From: an uncultured Actinomycetota bacterium
Lineage (GTDB): Bacteria; Actinomycetota; Actinomycetes; Actinomycetales; Dermatophilaceae
NCBI GenBank assembly: GCA_963731235.1
Contig: CAVSUT010000021.1
Location: 81,402 to 145,401 of the forward strand
DNA: 64,000 bases
Direction: 5' to 3'
The position numbers and the translations under genes were made by a program. The notes beneath the pieces were generated by a model that did not search any database, had not been told where the DNA came from, and saw only the letters and a program-made list of their open reading frames with translations. Shown here piece after piece: positions 57,874-64,000 of the stretch; the stretch's first letter is position 1; each line of letters begins with the position of its first letter.

Positions 57874-59330
57874 CAGAAGACCTCCGCCACGCCGGACTCG
57901 GCCAGCGCGGGCACCCCGTGGTGGCGTCCGGGACGTTCGCCGCACAGCCGCGGGGTGGGGAAGATCTTGCCCGGGTTGGAGATCGAGTCGGGGTCGAAGG
58001 CGCACCGCACCAGCTGCATCGTGTCGAGGTCGTCGTCGGTGAACATCCGCGGCATGAACTTGGCCTTGTCGCTGCCCACCCCGTGCTCGCCGGTGATCGA
58101 GCCGCCGTGCTCGATGCACAGGTCGAGGATGGCGCCGGAGACCTCTTCGGCGCGCTCCCCCTCGCCCGGGGTGGACTGGTCGAACAGCACGAGCGGGTGC
58201 AGGTTGCCGTCACCGGCGTGGAAGACGTTGGCGACCCGGACCCCGGACTCCGCGGAGAGCGCGGCGATCCGGCGCAGCACCTCGGGCAGCGCGGTCCTCG
58301 GGATGACGCCGTCCTGGACGATGTAGTCGGGGCTGATCCGGCCGACTGCGGCGAAGGCCGACTTGCGCCCCTTCCAGAACAACGCGCGCTCGGCGTCGTC
58401 GCGGGCGATGCGGATCTCGAACGCCTCGGCCTCCTGGCAGTGCCGCTCGACCTCGGCGAACACGTGGCGCACGTCGGCGGCCGGGCCGTCGATCTCCACG
58501 ACCAGGACCGCACCCGCCCCGGCCGGGTAGTCGCAGTGCACGGCCGCCTCGGCCGCCTCGATCGCGAGCGCGTCCATCATCTCGATCGCGGCCGGGATGA
58601 CGCCGGCGCCGATGATGGCCGACACCGCGGCACCGGCCTGGTCGGTCGACGCGAACGCCGCGAGCAGCGTGCTGACGTCCTCGGGCGACCGGGTCAGCCG
58701 CACCGTGACCTGAGTGGCGACCCCGAGCGTCCCCTCCGAGCCGACCACGGCCCCGAGCAGGTCGTACCCGGTCGGGTCGGGTGCCTTGCCGCCGAGCACC
58801 ACGACCTCGCCCTGCGGCGTGACGAACTCGAGCCCGGTGACGTGGTTGGTGGTGAAGCCGTACTTGAGGCAGTGCGCTCCCCCGGAGTTCTCCGCGACGT
58901 TGCCGCCGATGGAGCAGATCTGCTGGCTGGAGGGGTCGGGGGCGTAGTAGTAGCCCTCGGGCCGGGTGGTGTCGCTGAGCTGGAGGTTGATGACACCCGG
59001 CTCGACGACCGCGCGCTGGTTAGGGCGGTCGACCTCGAGGATCTGGCGCATCCGGCTGAGCACGATGAGGACACCGTCGGCGTGGGGCAGGGCGCCACCG
59101 GACAAGCCGGTCCCGGAGCCGCGGGCGACGAACGGGATGCCCTCGCGGGCGCACTCGGTGACGGCGGCAGCCACGTGGGCCGTGCTCTCGGCGAGGACCA
59201 CGAGCGCCGGGACCACCCTGATGTGGCTCAGTCCGTCGCACTCGTAGGTGCGCAGCTGCTGACGGTCGGTGATGACGGCGTGCTCACCCACGAGGGTGCG
59301 CAGCCGGCGGGCAAGGACGTCGATGTCCAT
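57873..59330 (-). CDS. glcD: FAD-linked oxidase, GlcD-like
   Basis: 485 aa. FVARGSGTGLSGGA, ENSGGAHCLKYG and GDGNLHPLV motifs are typical of GlcD/D-lactate dehydrogenase. Confidence 0.85.
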   Translation of the reverse strand: MDIDVLARRLRTLVGEHAVITDRQQLRTYECDGLSHIRVVPALVVLAESTAHVAAAVTECAREGIPFVARGSGTGLSGGALPHADGVLIVLSRMRQILEVDRPNQRAVVEPGVINLQLSDTTRPEGYYYAPDPSSQQICSIGGNVAENSGGAHCLKYGFTTNHVTGLEFVTPQGEVVVLGGKAPDPTGYDLLGAVVGSEGTLGVATQVTVRLTRSPEDVSTLLAAFASTDQAGAAVSAIIGAGVIPAAIEMMDALAIEAAEAAVHCDYPAGAGAVLVVEIDGPAADVRHVFAEVERHCQEAEAFEIRIARDDAERALFWKGRKSAFAAVGRISPDYIVQDGVIPRTALPEVLRRIAALSAESGVRVANVFHAGDGNLHPLVLFDQSTPGEGERAEEVSGAILDLCIEHGGSITGEHGVGSDKAKFMPRMFTDDDLDTMQLVRCAFDPDSISNPGKIFPTPRLCGERPGRHHGVPALAESGVAEVF

Positions 59331-59385
59331 AGGGTCGGACCTGCCTCACGATTCCACCTGGCGGAAACTTGCTTCTGCACCACGG

Positions 59386-59415
59386 AGCCTATTTCCGGCA
59401 TACGGGACAGGTCAA
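59386..59415 (-). promoter_or_regulatory. candidate sigma70-type promoter TTGACC-N18-TAGGCT for glcD operon
   Basis: Hexamers were read on the minus strand (ggtcaa 59410-59415, agccta 59386-59391), about 55 nt upstream of the glcD ATG. The -35 overlaps the stop of the upstream gene. Confidence 0.3.
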
Positions 59416-60689
59416 CGGTTCCGCCGCCCACTCTCGCGCAGGTCGGCCTCCTCGCGCGTGTCGAGCCCTCGACGGCGCAGCCGCTCACCCCCGTGCAGGC
59501 CCCGGGCCGCGCCGTCCGCCGCGAGGCCCGCCACGTGCCACCGCGTGGAGGCGCCGTCGGCCCGCAGCACGGTGGTGAAGTCGTCGACCCAGCGACCCTT
59601 GGCCCAGTTCGCCGCGCGCACCGCGGTCTGCTCGTGGAGCCAGGGCCGCAGCGCCGGCCCCGGCAGCGGCGGCCTGGTCCACGGCTGCGACGGCCGTGGC
59701 TTGGGGGGTTCGACCATCCGCAGCCCCTTGGCGGACGCCCACCGGCGCCCGAGTCGTCCCACCGGTCCTGCCCGACCCGGAAGGGTCGCCGCGAGCCCGG
59801 CGGCCCACCGGTCACCCTGGGTGAGCCGCAGCTCGCGCCGGGCCGACCGGGTGGTCGCCGCCCGCACGGCTGTCGCGTTGGTCGCGCGTGCCCCGGCCTT
59901 GAGCACCGGGCCAGCCACGCCGAGGGCGGTCGCGGCCGCCCCGATGGCGAGGCTGGACAGGTCCCCGTCGCCGTACCCCACGAGCACCACCGCGTCGGCC
60001 GCCAGGCCGACACCGCCCGCCACGGCGGACACCACTCCCAGCGGTCGGGCCGGCGGGAGGAGCGCGATGGCGCCGAACACCTCGGCCACCCCGGCAGCGA
60101 CCCGGCTGGTCCCGGTCAGCACGTCGTAGAGGCGGCTGTCCGCCAGTCCGTCGTCGACCAGCCCACGCAGCACCTCGGCGCAGGCACGGTCGGCGGCGGC
60201 GTACGCCTCGTGGGCCTCCGCGTGTCGGCGCAGGGCGAGCTGCACCCGTTCCCCGTGGGCCACCATCTCGGCCCGGTGGTGCGCGGCCAGCGCCCGGTGC
60301 GCCGGGTCCGCGCTGCTCTCGGCGAGCCCCAGCTGGTCGCCCGCCCGCAGGAACGGCCCCCACTCCTGCTCGTGCACCTGCTGGGCCCGGGCCACCTGCG
60401 CCTGCGCCTCCTGCAGGGCCGCTGCCAGCCGGCGCAGCGCAGCAGCAGCCACGCCGTACCGGTGGCTCACCCGCTCGATTACGCCGGGCACGGCACCGGC
60501 GCGGTGGGCGAAGGCCCGACCCGCGGGGCTGGTCCACACCGTCACCGCGGGATCGGCCAACCCCCGCACCGTGCGGGCCAGGGCTGCGAGCAGGTCCGCC
60601 TCCGCGCCCAGCCCGGCCGCCACGCGCCGGACCTCGGCGGGGTCCCCGGCGATCGGAGCCAGCACGGCGGGGCCCTCGAACCCGCTCAC
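59412..60689 (-). CDS. hypothetical protein: helical N-domain resembling actinobacterial T7SS-secretion-signal domains + Gly/Ala-rich hydrophobic segments + Arg-rich tail
   Basis: GTG 60689 forms a GTGA overlap with the upstream small ORF. The N-terminus is IAGDPAEVRRVAAGLGAEADLLAALARTVRGLADPAVTVWTSPAGRAFAHRAG...YGVAAAALRRLAAALQEAQAQVARAQ. The hydrophobic stretch is VAAGVAEVFGAIALLPPARPLGVVSAVAGGVGLAADAVVLVGYG...LAIGAAATALGVAGPVL. The track ORF start at 60902 overlaps the small ORF out of frame. Confidence 0.6.
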   Translation of the reverse strand: MSGFEGPAVLAPIAGDPAEVRRVAAGLGAEADLLAALARTVRGLADPAVTVWTSPAGRAFAHRAGAVPGVIERVSHRYGVAAAALRRLAAALQEAQAQVARAQQVHEQEWGPFLRAGDQLGLAESSADPAHRALAAHHRAEMVAHGERVQLALRRHAEAHEAYAAADRACAEVLRGLVDDGLADSRLYDVLTGTSRVAAGVAEVFGAIALLPPARPLGVVSAVAGGVGLAADAVVLVGYGDGDLSSLAIGAAATALGVAGPVLKAGARATNATAVRAATTRSARRELRLTQGDRWAAGLAATLPGRAGPVGRLGRRWASAKGLRMVEPPKPRPSQPWTRPPLPGPALRPWLHEQTAVRAANWAKGRWVDDFTTVLRADGASTRWHVAGLAADGAARGLHGGERLRRRGLDTREEADLRESGRRNR

Positions 60690-60985
60690 GGCACTCCCCC
60701 GGGGTCGAACATCCCGGCGACCTGCTGCTCGACCTCGACGTACAGGGCTCCGGCGTGCCGGGCTCCCGTCGCGAGGTCGTCGAGCGCCCGTCCCAGCACG
60801 AGCCGCTGGTGCTCGAAGTCGCCCAGCACGTCCGCGAGCGCCGCGGCGCTGTGCCCCGGACCCAACGCCCAGGACCGGTCGGCCACGGCCACCGCGTGCC
60901 ACCGCAGGTCGGCGGCGACGCGGGACATCGCCTCCCCCAGGGCGGCCACGTCCGCGGCCTGCACCTCGATCCGGGTCGTGCTCAT
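60686..60985 (-). CDS. 99-aa helical-hairpin protein, WXG100/EspC-like (degenerate W-x-x-G-P-G turn at centre)
   Basis: MSTTRIEVQAADVAALGEAMSRVAADLRWHAVAVADRSWALGPGHSAAALADVLGDFEHQRLVLGRALDDLATGARHAGALYVEVEQQV... The size, two predicted helices and central W..G turn are the basis. There is no clear SD upstream. Confidence 0.5.
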   Translation of the reverse strand: MSTTRIEVQAADVAALGEAMSRVAADLRWHAVAVADRSWALGPGHSAAALADVLGDFEHQRLVLGRALDDLATGARHAGALYVEVEQQVAGMFDPGGVP

Positions 60986-61075
60986 CGCTCGAGGTTAGGT
61001 CGGACCGCCCTCCCGCCCGGGGTTGTCCACAGGGCCCCTCGTGCTTTTGTCGGCGCAGCGTGCTTGCATGGCGTC

Positions 61076-61513
61076 ATGACGATTCAGGGAGAGTACGTCC
61101 CGAGCCCCGTGGCCTGGGTCCGCGAGCAGGTCGAGAAGATCGAGGAGACCGGCACCACCCGCTCGGTGAGCGTGATGGACCGCGAGGTCGTGCTGCTGAC
61201 GATGCTCGGGGTCTCCGGCAAGGTGCGCAAGGTGCCCCTCATGCGGGTCGAGCACGACGGGGTGTATGCCGCCGTGGCCAGCAAGGGCGGTGCCCCCGAG
61301 CACCCCACCTGGTACGCGAACCTCCGCAAGAACCCGGTCATCGACCTCCAGGACGACGACCGCAGCTGGACCGCCCGGGCCCGCGAGATCGAGGGCGAGG
61401 AGCGCGAGCAGTGGTGGGAGCGCTGCGTCGCCGCCTACCCGCCGTATGCCGACTACCAGGTCAAGACCGACCGGTTGATCCCCCTGCTGCTGCTCGAGCC
61501 GGTCGACGAGTAG
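61076..61513 (+). CDS. deazaflavin (F420)-dependent nitroreductase family protein (Ddn-like)
   Basis: 145 aa. VVLLTMLGVSGKVRKVPLMRVEHDGVYAAVASKGGAPEHPTWYANLRKNP...IPLLLLEPV is typical of the Ddn/PNPOx-like split-barrel family. Confidence 0.8.
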   Translation: MTIQGEYVPSPVAWVREQVEKIEETGTTRSVSVMDREVVLLTMLGVSGKVRKVPLMRVEHDGVYAAVASKGGAPEHPTWYANLRKNPVIDLQDDDRSWTARAREIEGEEREQWWERCVAAYPPYADYQVKTDRLIPLLLLEPVDE

Positions 61514-61526
61514 CCGGCGGCGGCGC

Positions 61527-61925
61527 TCAGCTCGCCGTCCGACGCAGCCACAGCAGGCCGAGCACCGGGAGCACCAGCGGCACGTAGCCGTACCCCGAGC
61601 CGAAGTGCGACCACACCGTCTTGTCGGGGAAGGCCTCGGGCGCGAGGTAGGACGCGAGCCCCACGACCAGCACCCCCACGAGCTCGACGGTGATGGCGGC
61701 CGTCGCCACCCGGCGCGAGGTGCGGTCCCCGCGGGCCAGCGCGGCCGTGGCCACGAGGTAGATGACGGCAGCGAGCGCGGACAGGACGTACGCCAGCGGT
61801 GCCCGGGAGAAGTACTCGGTGATCTGCAGGACGGACCGGCCGGTGGCAGCGAGCGCCAGCAGCCCGTACACCGCGACGAGGACGATCCCCGGTCCCGAGC
61901 GGGTGGAACGGGGCGCGTCAACCAT
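61527..61925 (-). CDS. hypothetical 4-TM membrane protein
   Basis: 132-aa ORF with four hydrophobic spans. Its ATG overlaps the stop of the upstream membrane ORF by 8 nt (ATGGTTGA). Confidence 0.55.
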   Translation of the reverse strand: MVDAPRSTRSGPGIVLVAVYGLLALAATGRSVLQITEYFSRAPLAYVLSALAAVIYLVATAALARGDRTSRRVATAAITVELVGVLVVGLASYLAPEAFPDKTVWSHFGSGYGYVPLVLPVLGLLWLRRTAS

Positions 61926-62283
61926 GGAGGTTCCAGATCTGTTGGAGGCGGGCGGTCATCACCGCGACGGCGAAGGCGGCCACCGCGACGACCCCCATCG
62001 CCCAGCGCGTCTTCTCCTTGAGCGCGAGGAACACCGCCACCGGTGGAAGGAAGGGCAACGTGATGGCGTATGCCGCGAACGTCGCCGTCTCCGCGTCGTC
62101 CCCGGGAACACTGCCGAGGTGCGCCAGCGCCACGCCGGCCTGGACGAGCAGGCCCAGCTCCACGACGGCAGCCACGAGCAGGAGGCGGTCGTCGACGAGG
62201 CGGCCGCGCGCGGCATACCCACCAGCGATCGCGAGCAGGGCCACCGCGCTGACGAGGACGACCACGGTGAGGGGGAAGAGCAC
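61918..62283 (-). CDS. hypothetical 4-TM membrane protein
   Basis: 121-aa ORF starting at GTG, with hydrophobic spans throughout. It is translationally coupled to 61527..61925. Confidence 0.55.
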   Translation of the reverse strand: MLFPLTVVVLVSAVALLAIAGGYAARGRLVDDRLLLVAAVVELGLLVQAGVALAHLGSVPGDDAETATFAAYAITLPFLPPVAVFLALKEKTRWAMGVVAVAAFAVAVMTARLQQIWNLHG

Positions 62284-62367
62284 GCCGGAAGCCTACGCGA
62301 GCAATGGAACCCGCCGATCCGGGGCCGGGGTGGTCAGTTCAGCACGGTCTCGTCAGGGATGGCGGGG

Positions 62368-62802
62368 TCAGGACGGCGGGGTCTGGGCTGCGGTCGGGGC
62401 GAGCACGAGGTAGGCCTGCGCTCCCAGCAGGACGACCACGGCCACCCACTTGCCGGCCGGCAGCTCGACGCCGTACCGCACCCGGTCGACGACGAGGAGG
62501 CCGACCTGGAGCATCACGATCCAGCCCATGGTGACCAGGGCCAGCTCGGCGTACTGCAGGGACGAGGCGTAGACCCAGAAGAGCACGGCGAAGGCGGTGA
62601 GCCCCAGCGCCATCGGCCACAGCGACCGGTGCACGGCCCACTCCTTGGCTGCCACCGCACCGGCCAGGTCGAGCGCCGCGAGCGCCACCATGGCCACCGT
62701 CGCGACGAGCGCCACCGGCCATCCGTGCGGTGCCCGGATCATCGGCACGAGCTCCGCACTGATCATCGAAACCACCCCCGCGGCCGACGCGGTGCCGGCC
62801 AC
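62368..62802 (-). CDS. hypothetical small multi-TM membrane protein (SMR/DMT-like by composition only)
   Basis: 144-aa ORF with four hydrophobic spans. The start is uncertain (GTG 62802 or ATG 62766). Confidence 0.5.
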   Translation of the reverse strand: MAGTASAAGVVSMISAELVPMIRAPHGWPVALVATVAMVALAALDLAGAVAAKEWAVHRSLWPMALGLTAFAVLFWVYASSLQYAELALVTMGWIVMLQVGLLVVDRVRYGVELPAGKWVAVVVLLGAQAYLVLAPTAAQTPPS

Positions 62803-62913
62803 CCAACCAGTGCAGCGCGTGGTGCACCGCTTGGCATCGGTGATCTCACCGAGATCGTCTCCGACAGCGACGGCGAGGTGCGCTGCTTGCGGGGTTTCGT
62901 GTCGTTCTGTCGC

Positions 62914-64000
62914 TCAGCCCGTGGGTGCGGTGACGTCGGACGACGACCCGGGGTCGATGGTCGGAGGGGGCGTCTGGTCCGGGACGGTCGGCGGCGGCGT
63001 CCCGGTTCCGCTGTCGGAGGGCGGTGTCGTGGGAGTCGGTTGGGTGCTGGTCGGGTCGGGGCTCGGTGGGTCGGTGCTCGTCGGGTTGGTGCTCGTCGGG
63101 TCTGGTGTGCTGCGCGTGGACGTCGGCGACGCGGTGTCGGGCGTCTTGGCTCCCGCCGGTCCCGAGGACGGCGTCGCGGAGCCGGTGCCCTGCAGCACCG
63201 GTGGGGCCGTCGGCGAGGACGACCCACCGGGAAGCTCGGTCGGGTTGGCGTCCCCGGCAGGCCCCGTGACCCGCGCCGACGGCTGGAGCGTGACCGGGTT
63301 GGTCGAGACCTTGGCGCAGTACGGCTCGACCCGGCTCGCACCCTGAGCCAACGGAACGAGCTTGCCGAACGCCGCCGAGGAGTCGGGAGCGGTCCCGCGG
63401 GCGTGGTCAGCGGCCCATTCGCGGCACAGGGCGATGGCCGTGCTCGTCGCGGCCTTCGCTCCCGCAGCGGCGCTGCCGTCGTCCGCACGAGCGGGGGCGC
63501 GCGACCCCGGTGACGCCTTCGACGCGTCCCCCCGGGCGGCACCGGGAGCCGGGGCGCCGATCTTCTCGCTCAGGACCTGCTGGACGGGAGCCGGGAGGGC
63601 ACCGACGTAGGCGGCGGCGCTGAGGCCGCCGAGGGACATCACCGACGCCGACACCGTGGCGATGCCGAGCAGGGCCGTGCGGGACCGGCCGGCGGCGTTG
63701 GAGATGCCCCGGGTGCGCCCGTCCGGGCGGCGGCCCGGAGCAGTGCCGACGCTCACGACCCGGGTGCGCGGGACCGTCCACGCCGGGGGCCGGGGGATGC
63801 TGCGGAACGCACCGAGCGCGACCCGCTCGTCCGCGAGCTCCGCCGGGGTGGCAGGAGCGTCCAGCGACCAGGCGATGAGCTCGGCGTCGGCGCCGAGGCG
63901 TTCGAGGGCTCGGCTCTCCGAGCGACGCACGGCCTCGGCGTCCGAGCCGACGACCTCGCAGACGGCGCGCACGGGCAGGGCACCCAGGAGCCGCAGCACG
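62914..64000 (-). CDS. partial ORF (5' end outside window): sigma-70 region-4-like segment continuous with a TM segment and a Pro/Thr/Ser-rich extracytoplasmic tail
   Basis: The ORF is open from the window edge. LLGALPVRAVCEVVGSDAEAVRRSESRALERLG looks like ECF sigma region 4.2. It is followed, with no stop, by the TM TALLGIATVSASVMSLGGLSAAAYVGALP and a P/T/S-rich C-terminus. Confidence 0.5.
   Translation of the reverse strand, partial: VLRLLGALPVRAVCEVVGSDAEAVRRSESRALERLGADAELIAWSLDAPATPAELADERVALGAFRSIPRPPAWTVPRTRVVSVGTAPGRRPDGRTRGISNAAGRSRTALLGIATVSASVMSLGGLSAAAYVGALPAPVQQVLSEKIGAPAPGAARGDASKASPGSRAPARADDGSAAAGAKAATSTAIALCREWAADHARGTAPDSSAAFGKLVPLAQGASRVEPYCAKVSTNPVTLQPSARVTGPAGDANPTELPGGSSSPTAPPVLQGTGSATPSSGPAGAKTPDTASPTSTRSTPDPTSTNPTSTDPPSPDPTSTQPTPTTPPSDSGTGTPPPTVPDQTPPPTIDPGSSSDVTAPTG

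Noticed and set aside
57918-60998. 1026-aa plus-strand ORF
   Set aside because: It is antisense to glcD and to the T7SS-signal-like pair. The composition is typical of shadow ORFs and no motifs are present.

Overview
Very GC-rich actinobacterial chromosome segment; I recognised no rRNA, tRNA, CRISPR or transposase/integrase. Positions 1-14.9 kb (minus strand) hold a complete dcw cluster: mraZ-rsmH-ftsL-ftsI-murE-murF-mraY-murD-ftsW-murG-murC-ftsQ, mostly joined by 4-nt ATGA/GTGA overlaps. A MoxR ATPase / DUF58 / transglutaminase triad runs divergently from it (15.3-20.0 kb). Positions 20.3-30.4 kb form an accessory-looking block of signal-peptide proteins: DUF1996, two divergent beta-propeller paralogs, a small Cys-containing protein, a BNR/Asp-box protein and an FG-GAP protein. 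A cytoplasmic DsbA-like/SRPBCC pair sits inside this block. The rest is mostly housekeeping: principal sigma factor, USP, metX and metY (each behind a SAM-IV riboswitch), DUF4192, DUF1232, EcsC, sseA-sufE, S8 peptidase, a stand-alone family-A polymerase-like gene, DUF1206, PAC2, TetR+MFS, hrpA, a ScyD/ScyE-like propeller, a glcD-glcE-glcF-lctP operon, an F420/Ddn-like reductase, small membrane proteins and a partial sigma-region-4/TM ORF. The main hunt result is a set of gene lesions: by my reading at least 15 frame-breaking indels plus one in-frame TAG. They hit 7 of the 8 exported-protein genes but only 3 of the roughly 45 other genes (murG, sseA, hrpA). Other leads are an orphan WXG-like / T7SS-signal-like gene pair (59.4-61.0 kb), GTGG-rich repeat arrays around mraZ, a 17-bp triplication over the murD start, and many perfect in-frame micro-tandem repeats. 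All family calls come from motif recognition by eye and none from searches.
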